Assembly: GCA_030704615.1 (NCBI GenBank)
Contig: CM060734.1
Location: 9,672,001-9,736,000 of the forward strand
Direction: 5' to 3'
From: Takakia lepidozioides
Taxonomy: Eukaryota; Plantae; Bryophyta
Length of the DNA: 64,000 bases
Made by a program: the position numbers and the translations under genes. Positions 10,379 to 21,689 of this stretch are shown here, piece by piece (positions within the stretch are counted from its first letter, which is position 1; each line of letters opens with the position of its first letter). The notes under the pieces are model-generated. The model was not told where the DNA came from and searched no databases. It saw only the letters and a list, made by a program, of their open reading frames with translations.

Positions 10379-13300
10379 CCCTTAAGCGCCCATTCGACCC
10401 GTTTTTCGGCCGTTGTTTTGGTTTTCCCCTCTGTTTTTCTCAGATTTGAACCGATTAACCTGATTTTTGGAGGGTAGGATGCCAGCCACATGGCAGTCAG
10501 GATTCCAACGCGCGATTAGGTTTTTTTTTGGTTAGGGTTGCAATTTTTGGCTGCAGCAGGAGGTGGGGTCTGCTTCTGCAGCGATTTTGGCTTGCTCCCG
10601 CGTTTTCAGCGTCGTCTCTCTCCTTCCCGTGCTTTGCCTTGTGCTGTGATCTCGTCTGTTGTGGCGTTTGCGCGTGTTCCATACTTTGTTGCAGGTTGCC
10701 GTTGCAGATGCCTTGACAGGTTGCCGTTGGTGGTCTGCTCCGATTGCATCTTCCATTATCTCTTTCTCTTTCAGTTGAGGAAACTTGGAAATTGTGGCAC
10801 CGCTACAGAGACTGAGCCATAGCTGTGAGAGAGGATGGGTCGGCTTTGCATTGATACTCAGGGTGCGCATTCAAGGCAATGTTCATTGTTTGATACCTGA
10901 GCTAGACTATGCGCAGTTAGGGCATCGTGTAGCTCATCTTTGTGTTTATCCTTGTGTGCATATGCAAATTTGTGGATGAAGGTTGAAGCTACATAGTATA
11001 AGATGGGTTCGGGTGTGTTGCCTCCCCCTGCACCTGCGCATTTGGAGACTCAAGCTGCATCGTTGCCAAGTGGGCACGCTCACTGGGCGCATCAACCGAG
11101 CAAGTCGAGCGGATTGTCGGGTGCCTGAATGAGGACTACCTCTTGTGTTTGAAGAGACCTGCTCGTGTGCGTTGGCCTGGATTTCCACAGCCCTCCAACT
11201 TTCGTTACTTGTTTAGGCGCCATTGTGCAGAGATTTTGGGTTGGGTAGATCGCAAGGAGGAAGGAGACCCTCTTGGGTTCAGCGCAGAGGTCAACGACAT
11301 TTTGAGGCTCGAGGTTTGGCCTGACTTCCAAACGTCTTCTGCCAGCCACGATGAGGCTCAAACAACTGGCCAGGGAGAGAGGTAATCGTATTGAACCCTC
11401 TTTTGATTTCATGAGTGAGGAGATGGGCAATTCGACCTACTCCTTGCGCAACTCTCAAAATCCGCTATGTGATCCTGCTGGTCACTCCCAAACTATGGAG
11501 GACATAGGGATTTTGGGATCCACAGTGAAGGTGGCAGTGGCTGAGCTGCACCTTCAGGATGTGGCATCGTCTAGCAATGCCCACGAATTTGGATATGGCA
11601 CTGTGGTAGACAAGACATGGAACATCCTGAATGGTACAAAAAATTATACTGTCTCTTTTTTTGGTGTCCTTGGTGTTCATGTGGTATCGTCACAATCCTG
11701 TGTTGTGTGTAATCTTGATGATTCAATGTTGTGCACTATCCCTGAGCTCTTGGGGTTGGATTCTGAAGCTGAATTGCCTGAGGGGGAAGTAGATGATAGT
11801 GAATCAGATTCTGATTGTGACTATAATCCAGAAGATGATGACCTTGTTGACATCGACAATCCTGACTTGATGGACTACTGTGTTGACACGGGGAATCCAA
11901 CGCGTGAGGTGGGATTATATGATTTGCCGCCCAATTGGGAGCAGTGGAGTCCTGCTGAGTTGTTTGGTGATGACATGTGGAACTCCTCTGCTACTGAATT
12001 GCCAGACATTACATGGTTAGGTGGGGATTCGGGTCCTCGTTTGCCTTTTGGAGATTCAGCAAATCCAGTTGATTTTTTCAATTTGTTTTGGCCACTATCG
12101 GTCATGCGCCGAATTTGTAGCATGACCAACTTGTATGCCAGGACAGAAAACCAGAATGGAAACCTGAAAGGAGGTAGATGGTGGTACCCTATCACCATCC
12201 GTGAATTGAAGGCTTGGCTTGCTGTTCACATGCTCATGGGAATCAAAAAATTGCCTAGTACTAGATTGTATTGGAAAGCCAACAATGTCTTCTTCAATTG
12301 CCCTTCCATCATGCGCATTATGTCCCGCAACCGATGGGAGGCAATTCTGAGGTGCCTCCACCTTGTTGACAATAAGGATGTATGCACTATTGACACTGAC
12401 CCTGCTTTTGATAAGTTAGCTAAAACCAGGTGGTTGCTACATGCACTAAATGGTTTGTATGCCACCTACATGAGCCCCGAGCAGAATTTGAATGTGGATG
12501 AGCAAATGGTGAAGTACAAGGGCAAATATGCCCGAATCCAGCAATACCTGAGCAAGAAGCCTGTGCAGTGGGGTCTGAAGGTGTGGTGTTTGTGTGGTGC
12601 ATGTTCCAAATATGTTCAGAAGTTAGAGGTTTACCTTGGGAAGGATGATGGGAATGATATGACCCATGGTAGTGGATATGGCGTGGTGACAAGGTTACTA
12701 GAAGGATTTGAGGGTAAGGGCCATATTGTAACGATGGATAATTTTTTCAGTAGCCCCATCCTGTTCTATGATTTGGCAGCAAAACAGATCTATGCTACTG
12801 GCACGGTAAAAACCTCCCGATTGGGTTTTCTTACGTGCCTTGATTTGGGGAAGAAGGGTGAGAGAGGTAGGCTGGAATATCGTGTTCACATAAGTGGCAA
12901 AGTAGCCGCTATTGCCTGGATGGATGCCAAGTTGGTGACCATGATTTCCACTGCCATTTCCCCTGTCAGTCCTGATTGCTTCATACAAAGATGGCACAAA
13001 GGGGCAAGACGTGATGTGCCTACCTCCCCTATTGTGGTTCATTACCAGCAGCATATGCGGATCAGCTACGGGGTTACTACTCTGTTCAGACCAGGGACCA
13101 TAAATGGTGGCACCGCTTGTACTTTCATGGAGTTGACACTTCTTTGGTGAATGCTTACATATTGTACCTGGGTTTTATGAGGGGAAAGGGCCACATTCCT
13201 CTTAGCCACATGCTTTTCAATTTGGAGGTTGCAAAGGGACTAATTGTGGGGTGAGTTCCTCCCAGGAGAACAGTAATGCCAGGGGCAGATGTGCCCAACC

Positions 13301-14469
13301 CGGGGTTTGTGCATTTCTCCCTCAAGACTAGTAGGAGGAGGAAGTGTGTTCAGTGCGGTATGCGTCAAAGGTATTTTTGTCACGCGTGTGGAGATGTGTA
13401 TATGTGCCTTGGAGGATGCTTTGTCAAGAGCCATAGCCTTCTCTGATTATAGATACTTCTATGTTCAGTAATTGATATGGTTGATTTCTTACTGCACTGA
13501 TGTGGAGACCTTTGATGCCAAAGAGGGGGTATCCTCCTTACGACACTTTTTCTATGTAGTGGTGTTCTGTCTTTTTCTAAGCAGTGGTGTGTTTGGGGGT
13601 TGGTTTGTTGTTGGTAGCCATGAAACGTTTGTACTGAGGATCCAGCCGTAGAGAGTCGCTTGACAGTCCAAGGAGAGGTTGTGCAATATTGGGGTTCACT
13701 GAGTCCTGATCTGAATGATTTGTTTGCTACTCCAGCTTTTTGCCTTAGTGTTCATGTAGCTCTGAGGTCTTTGCTGCAACAATTTTGTGTTTCAATTAGG
13801 ACTGAGTCCATTTTCTTTGTGTCTAGTATAATTATGTGGTAGTCCCCCAGTCAAGCGGGGGTGCGCATAAGAGTGGCCCTTGTGTTCATGTGTGAGTTGC
13901 CAATTGGGGCAAGTTAGTGGGTTCAACTCCCACTCACACAATTCGGCGTGTAAATGTGGGTTCATCTCTACTTTTTCTGAGTCTGATTTGATGCTAGTGT
14001 TGGCCACATGTTGGTCTTTCTTTGTGTGAGCTGCCAGTTGGGGCAGGCCACTGGGTTCAATTCCCACTCACACATTTTGACCCCCCTTACTTTGACCAGG
14101 TGTAAATCAGAAAATATGAATCCATTTTTTGCATTCTATGGCTCATCAGAATGCCAATGTGCTGGACAACACCTATAAGCAGGATGAGATCCTGCAGATT
14201 TCATCCCGTCAGTGAAAATTGCAAATTCCTCCAATTTCCCTTATTGTTTTGGGAGGGGCCCAAAAAATGGGCCCCACACTCAACGGTGGCGTTTCTCGGA
14301 TTTTCGCCTGATTGGCCTGCAAATTTACGGGTGTTTGGAAGGGGTAGGTATGAGCATAATGTCCGGTCAATTTTCCCAAAAACTTTTTTTTCGCTGAGAT
14401 ATTCTCATTTTTCTGAGCTGGGGTCCACTTTTTTCAAAAAGTCAACATTGGGCACTGGGCGCTTAAGGG
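10379..14469 (+). mobile_element. Full-length piggyBac-superfamily DNA transposon (4091 bp)
   Basis: Perfect 14-bp TIRs CCCTTAAGCGCCCA (10379-10392) and TGGGCGCTTAAGGG (14456-14469); TTAA target duplication at 10375-10378 and 14470-14473; internal piggyBac transposase. Confidence 0.95.
11351..13446 (+). pseudogene. piggyBac transposase (DDE_Tnp_1_7-like) with C-terminal Cys-rich domain, inactivated
   Basis: PVDFFNLF, MSRNRWEAILRCLHL, LNVDEQMVKYKG, KKPVQWGLKVW, IVTMDNFFSS, YATGTV and WMDAKLV. At ~13060 YQQHMR joins out of frame to DQLRGYYS...KWWHRLY, so the GVD motif is missing. A further TGA at ~13252; CVQC...CHAC...C...CF tail. Confidence 0.92.
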
Positions 14470-15117
14470 TTAAGGGGAAGCAACCGACTCCCCAACCCAC
14501 TTAGCCGGTTGGTTCTCAAAACGAGGGGCCATTGGCTGGTTCAACTGAAATTATTTTCCGGACGCTGTTCACACCTTCACTGCACTGCCCGCAAGTCAAA
14601 CCACACTCTCCTTCTCAACTTGTCAGCCACCCCTCGCTCTTTCGCATGCGTTGCCGACGATGATGGAAACACTTAGCCCCACCGCACGAGTCCACGCACC
14701 AACCCACCCTCTGATGCTTCTGGTGCCTTCCACTTTTTCTTCTTTCTTTCTTTTCCTTCGTAATAAGAAGCTTCCAATCCCTCGCCACGCACTGGCACGC
14801 GGGTTGATTCGTTTGATTCCTATAACACAAACATTCAGTCCGCACACACGTGTGTTCACGAACAAGTGTGCGTCACTCCATTCGCCCATCTCACACACCC
14901 GGATTTGCTCTCTCTTTTTTCTTTTGTTTTTTTTGGCCAAAGGGATTTGCTCTTCCAATGCCGTCCGACAGAATTGAAATCTCATAAAAAAAATGGAAGA
15001 TAATAGGAATAATGTAAGAACTTAATGCACATGTGCAAACTCTGACAGGATGGTACGCCGTTTTTGGACATGTCAAATCTCCCCACCCTCTCTTGAGAGT
15101 GACATGGAACTCCTGAG

Positions 15118-15262
15118 TGTAAACTCGAGTCGGGGTTACAATGGATTACACGACGAGGTGTGTAACTCCACTTGGGGTTACATCGGGTTACACGATGAGG
15201 TGTGTAACTCCACTCGGGGTTACACAGAACGGAGTACAACTTCTCTCGATGTAACTCACACT
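15118..15262. repeat. ~41-bp tandem repeat containing GGGTTACA/TGTAACTC inverted motifs
   Basis: GGGGTTACA..GGRTTACACGAYGAGGTGTGTAACTCCACT is repeated, with further GGTTACAC motifs out to ~15390. Probably a TE remnant. Confidence 0.7.
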
Positions 15263-16860
15263 TGGTCTCGAAGTTTGACTATGTCCAAATTTGGTTTAAG
15301 TATAAAATGGACTAACGAGAGTTACATCATGAAACCGGCACTACAAAGGATTACACCGATTGGAGGGTTACACCGACCAGGGTTACACACAAGTGCCTCC
15401 CATCAAGATTCGATCTTTGAAACAAGTTGGGCAGCATAAGTATGAAGGATGTAGTCCTTTTTTGGACTCGGCATGAAATCTGCCTTGGCAAAAAAAGGCA
15501 CGTTCCTCCTGCCCATAAACTGCGGTGTAGACGTCCCTCCTGCAGTACTTGGCATCCTACAGTAAGAACAAATCCACTTCAAGAATGTCAATACCAACAG
15601 AAGCACAAAGGGTCTTTCAATGAAATAAGAGAGCGAAGGGAAGTGCCTCACGAAATTAGGAGGCAACTTACAATGTGACCACTCACTCATAGACGGGGGC
15701 TCCTCGGCCTCGATCCCAACTTGTACCTCCCCCTGCTCTTTGTCGGATTCTTCCTCATCCTCACCTGCAACGCTACCACCTTACCATCATGCTACCCACC
15801 ATAGCTTGAAATCCTCTTGGATTCGGAAGTATTTAATAGTTAAACCGAGGTAAGAGGGGGTGGGGAGGATTTGACAGGGGCCCCGCCGGAGGATCCGACG
15901 AAAGTACCGTCAGATCACACGAGTCCATTAAGTTCTTACATTATTCCTATTGTTGTGGGTTTTTGTGGGTCTGCATAGTAGGAGAAAAAAAATCAAACTT
16001 TGACAAAAAATTGTTTGAAATTCCTAATTGATATAAAATTCTGCAGAACATGCGGTCCTAAATTTTGTACTCAATCTATCCACGAAACCGGAGATGGGTT
16101 CACCTCTAAAAATTCCCACTGCCCCTTTGTTTCTCAGGGCTTATCCAATGAAGGTAGCCAGCCCCTGGAGAGAGCATTCATTTGCCCGCAAGTTACGATT
16201 TTGGACGCTTAAAACACCATAGCTTTCTGCCATCTGCACCAATTGTCTTGGGGCAAGTGTCAGTGGAAAGCCCTTCCGGGCTACAATTGTGCTCTTTACT
16301 GCAGGTCGATCAGATTCCAATCCAGGAAGTTACGGCGGGTTGAAAAAACGGGTGGAACCAGAAGAGGACAAAATGGGAATTTGTTGAAGGTGAGTAACGT
16401 TGAAAGACAAAATGTAGCCCTACATCCCAGCTTGCCAACGACTCCTAGAATGGTGCCAGCAGGTCAAAACACAATTTATTATGATTTTTTGAAGAAATTC
16501 CAATCAGTTTTTTCTTACTGCGAGCATCTCGCTGCCCTAGCTGCCCAGATCTGCATACGTGGCCCCAAACCGATGGGATCCGGACAACTCAATGGTTAGC
16601 GTTGCGTGGCAGGCCCGCACTGGCTGTCTGTTCAGTCACGGGGCCCGCCATGCAGGGATGGAGGACGTGGCCCCATACCACGGGTCGGATAGGGCGTACG
16701 CATATTTTGGCAAAACAGGTGAGCCCTACGTAGGGCAGGCCCAATCCGACCGCAGAAACTGCCTCGAAAGGGATTTTCCATCCAAGAAATCCTTCCCCCT
16801 CGTGGTTTCGATTCGCAAGAGGTCCTCGGGATGAATTGGCAGTGAGCGAGAAGGAAGAAG

Positions 16861-19837
16861 ATGAGCCTGCTGGAGGATTCGCTGGCAAGGATTGAGGTTA
16901 TGGCAGCTGGGGATCATTGCTCGGAGCCCTGTGTGGGAAGAGCATTATTTGGAGGCGCCATCACTTGTTCCTTCCCGAGCAGATTTCGAGTGCGTTCTCT
17001 TTTGGGTAGTCCTTTGTTCAAAGTTCTGATTCAAACAGCAGAGTGTAGTCAGAAAAGCCCTAATTACAGAGGGATGTTCAAGATTAGGCATGAAGAGAAT
17101 CCTGAGCCAGATTTTGGCAGTGCTATTGTGGAGTAGCAGTATCTTGATGCATGTTGATAGCTATTCCTTCTTGCCACAGGAACTGGAGGAGTTTTCAGCT
17201 TGATTGTGCATGTATGAGCTCTAGTGAGGGTTTAGCTCCCGATTTTGCAGAAATCTAAGGAAAGGAACTTTGGAAATGTCCATTGGATGCTCAAATGGAT
17301 GCTAAGGAGCTTATCGGACAAAAGAAAGCAAAGAAAAGACCGATTTTCTGTTGTGGTTACATAGTGCACACTTGCCTCTTGAACGTGAAAATATTGGATT
17401 GGATTTCTTGTCGGTATTGGAAACTCAAAGTCAGGTACGTAAGATTTGAAATGGAATCGAGGTGGTTGTGCAGGATTTGAGTGAAATGAGGGAGGTCCCC
17501 AATAATCAGGTCTGACATTCTTCTCTCTCACTCTCTACCTCCCCTCCCCCAAGAAAACGAATTCATACCTCTGACATAATTGATCGCCAAACTCTAGGTT
17601 TGTGGACAAGCTTCTCAAATTCAAGTAGATTCTTGAATGAAGACATCTCAACAATGGTTTTCAAGGTGTACAGAGGGCGCCTAGCCTAGAAACACAATCT
17701 TGTCGAAAAAAACAATCATCTGGAGCAAATTTGTAATCTTGTAGGATCAAATTAGAAGAAATTGAAACAAGGTGTATGTCGTTCGCGACAGAAACCATGA
17801 CATGCATGCATTATGTTATAATAATTTTGCTAATTTGTGTGCGGCAAACAAACAATTATACACCTCTCGAACCACGGCTATTGGTTGCCTAGCTTGTTTG
17901 CATGGGGTGAGGTGCACTCTGCATATGGTATTAATTAAAGACTAAAGAAATCTGCATTTTTCTGTTAAGCACTGTGGTGATGATGATGTGAAACTTCAGG
18001 AGATAATGAGAAAGTTCTCCTTCTGATAACACGTTGGGGAGGTGCATGGCATTACTTGCACAGGAAACATTTTTGGATCCAAATCGGGATGAAAGCATAA
18101 TTGTGGAGTTGCTAGAGTTCAAGGCCAATGTGCCAGATGAGGGCAGTTCACGATGGTTCCTGCAAGACATTGCTGCTGAGCAAGATTCAGAGCAGAGCCT
18201 GGTAAGCCCAATGACCTTCTCTTTTATGGGTCATCTTCATGAAAAAAACTTTGTCTGAACCAAATCTACTGAAGCCATGGGTGCTACCATGAGTTCACAT
18301 TATTCCTCCACTGATTATGGGTATTGCCTCCTGTCAAGAGGTGGTGCTTGAGGCTTTGAAGGATATTTACTGTCAGCCATGCGCATGGGTGGACTATGTT
18401 GCATATCCTCTGTTGTAACCCACTGGACAAGCAATACTGACAATGAGCTTGATGGCTTGTTGGTTTTGCAATTTCAACTCGATCAGCTGCAATGTGCCTC
18501 AACCCAATTGCTTCAGCGACTGTTCGCCTAGGACAATTTACATGTATCTAGGAGCATACCTGCAGATCTGAACGGTTAGGATTTGTGTGGTGTGTGTGAG
18601 AGAGGAAGAGACCAGGGAAGATCTGCGCCTGAGCTGTATTGTTTGGGCAATAAAACAGACCATGGCATTGTTGCCATGAACCTCGAAGGGAAAAAGCGCA
18701 ACTGTTCATGTTGAGTGAGAATTTGGCATGGATTTGCCATGGCTCTTTCCAAGCAAATGAGGTCCCATGACGAATTTAAGCTTTTACCCTAGCAAGGATG
18801 CATGGCCACCTTCAAAATAGAGAGAGGAAGAGAGCTATGCCAACATGGATGTGGATGAAGGGTGGAAGCAGATAGTGGAACAAGAAAGCTATATAGCAGC
18901 TGCTGATTTCCCCCCTTTGGACCCAGCCACCACTGTGAATGCTGCTGTTGGCACCCTTGTAAGTTCTGACACCTGTCTCCCACCCTCTTCTTTTTCCCTT
19001 GGGAATGCTCCCTACATAGCCCCTTGTCCTTTGAGAAAGTGTTCTTTTATTACATGAGGCCTTGTTCTCTGGATGGATGATCAATTGATGGGCTCAATAT
19101 CCGATTTTAAAGATATCCTTTGGGATTCCTTCGAGCATGCCCTTGAGTGATTAGAAGGATGCAGTATGAGTTTTGATACTGGAATGTGGGTGGGGAGTGA
19201 ACAGGCTATTGCGAAGGGCCGACAGGGTAATGAAGCTCGGAACCTTGTTCGTGTAAGTAGCTTTTTTTGCACTTTGATCTCTTTTGTTGTAATTGGTAGT
19301 TTGTCAACTCTTTTGACACATCAGTTACAGGCCGGGATGAGAGAATGACACAGAGGATTGTGCTTGTTGACTGTTTCCTAATTGATAGTTGACACTTATT
19401 TCTCTTGATGCAGGCTTATGTGGCAAACATACGCTTGTGTGGAGTTGAGACTGATGTTCTGATCACTGTATATGAGCCTTTGAGCATAAGGTGATCACTC
19501 CTCTCTCTTTTCTGCTCTTTGGTCTCCTTTGAATGCCCTCATCTCAACAGCTCTCTCTAAAGTATTTCTTTTCGTCAACCGGCTTTACATTGTATAGACA
19601 GTGTGGTGTTAGTAATCAAGTGAGATTCTCTGAAGCTGCTTATGAGGAAAAAGTGTTTTTACTGTGTTTTTGGACTTGGGCAGTGAGCACAGTGAGAGTG
19701 CGGCATCTGTAGGAGTGGGTCCTACAGTACCAGCTGAGCTTGCAGGGTGCATGGCAGCAGCTGATGTCTTCAAAGGAATTTTGTATACCTTCAAGATACA
19801 GGACTGGAGTCTCTTTGGGTATGCAGATGCAGAGTAA
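16861..19837 (+). CDS. MOG1: Ran guanine nucleotide release factor (Mog1/PsbP fold), 7 exons
   Basis: GT-AG exons in phase: 16861-16989 (RALFGGAITCSFPSRF), 17474-17509 (DLSEMREVPNNQ), 18064-18201 (ETFLDPNRDESIIVELLE), 18872-18958, 19205-19252 (AIAKGRQGNEARNLVR), 19414-19490 (ANIRLCGVETDVLITVYEP), 19684-19837 (FKIQDWSLFG...TAA). The start could alternatively be ATG 16900. Confidence 0.92.
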
Positions 19838-21689
19838 GTATGGCGCCCACAGTTTTTGCCACCAGGTTGAATTTAGATCTCACCTGGTTGCCAAGTGGCT
19901 GTACACTGGTAGGCAGATAGACACACGACACTGACTGAACACTCTGGCTGCATTTTTCAAGTAGTATGTTTACTCTCAGGCTGTTGGGAAGGGGGGCCCA
20001 AAGGTCAGCTATGGGTCTGGGCCACATTTGCGGAGTCTCAAGCTTCTAATGGTACAACACTGGATTTTTTCTTAGTGCAGAATTGGCCAGACATTTGCAT
20101 TTCCTGGTGGAGTGAGTAACATGTAGGGCAAGCACAAGTCCCTTTTTTCAGATATATTTAGTAGGGCAATTTGATGAATGTTGCATGTCTAGCAAGTGTC
20201 ACTGGTTTTTTGCACTACTGAGGTTGGGTCCTCAAGATTGTGAGGGCAAAGAGGATGATAGTAGGGATCATCTCTTGCCACAACCTTAAAGTTGCATCTG
20301 GTTTCCAGTTCCCAAACAAATACCACACTGTGGTTTCACAGCTACAGTCAAATAGCAGGGAAATCTCGGACACATTTCATGTGTGAGGGAGGGCCGAGCT
20401 TCGGAGGCACTGCCCATGGATTCATGACAAAAATTGTAGTACACGCTGCAGAAAACACCATAATCAAACATCATCAGCAGATGAATTTGGTGGACAAATG
20501 TTATTCCTGAAATACAGACCACCGGGAGAATTGGAGGAGACCGTAGGCCTATACCAAACATAGGGCAAGCTTTACTTAGTAACAACCGAGCAAAGCTCTC
20601 AAGAGCAAACAAGTCGCGGTCCCGGCCTCTCAGAACGGCAGACCGCCGTGTTTGCTTTGATCACTTCACCAAGTCCGATGCAAAAGATGCTTCACAACAG
20701 CTCCGGCATTTCGCAGTGTAACGGACCATCACTTAAATATTAGCAACAACACTACACTGTGGCGGGCTCAGGATGCCTGCAATGGTAGGGTTCTGCATTA
20801 TATGTTGGTTCATTATAGGCAAATATTTATCCCATATCGTTTGCAGACTTCTTGAAAGATGAGTCCTATTATAACCCTTGCCTTCCATCTATGAAAATAT
20901 CAGCCGGGGCTCAGCGCAGAGCGCACTATTCTTTCGCATTTTACTAAAGAATACTGTGCGCGGGGTTCAGAAAGCGGCGTACCCTAGTTTTAGGGCCGGC
21001 CCCTTCACCGGGGCCCTCCAACTAAACCCAAGTAATTTGGACTTAGCTGCCAGAGAAACGTACCACATCTCTCTCCTAAGTACCGTGCGTGAATACTATA
21101 TGCAATGCAAATGTTCGAAACTAACGCAGTAACATGCTCTCCGTTGAGACACGTAAGTCGAAAACAGTGTGACGCGCACAACGATACAGCAGAGGAGGAA
21201 TATGTTGTTAATATGTTGTTATATTTCACACAAACTAAGAAGAGTTACTGTGCAGCAGAGAGGAACAAAACTGTGACCCATCAGAAGGGGTGCTGTTAAT
21301 GGACATATCAAGTCTTAAGCTTGAAGCCACAAAAAATGTCTGTACACTGAAAGGTCAAATTTAGTGGTCTGCTTTTCCCACCAACTCAATACTGAGTGTA
21401 TCTCAATCTCCCATAGACTGTGGCCTTGGGGCCAACTGGCTCACAGACACCATGTCCTGAGCAGGGTGCGGTCTTTGACAGTGGCAGCAACCCCCAGTCT
21501 GCCTGCTTCCTTGTTCACACAGTTCAAGGCCACAAGGGTGACCGAAGCCAACCTCCCGTGAGGTCCCGTGAGGTGTGTGTTCGAAGGGGCATCGATAGTA
21601 CTATCATCCATCTAGAGAAACAATTTCTGCTAGATTCTGATCCACTCAAAGTGAAACAAACTCAAATGTGACTAGTTGCAGCTTATAGA

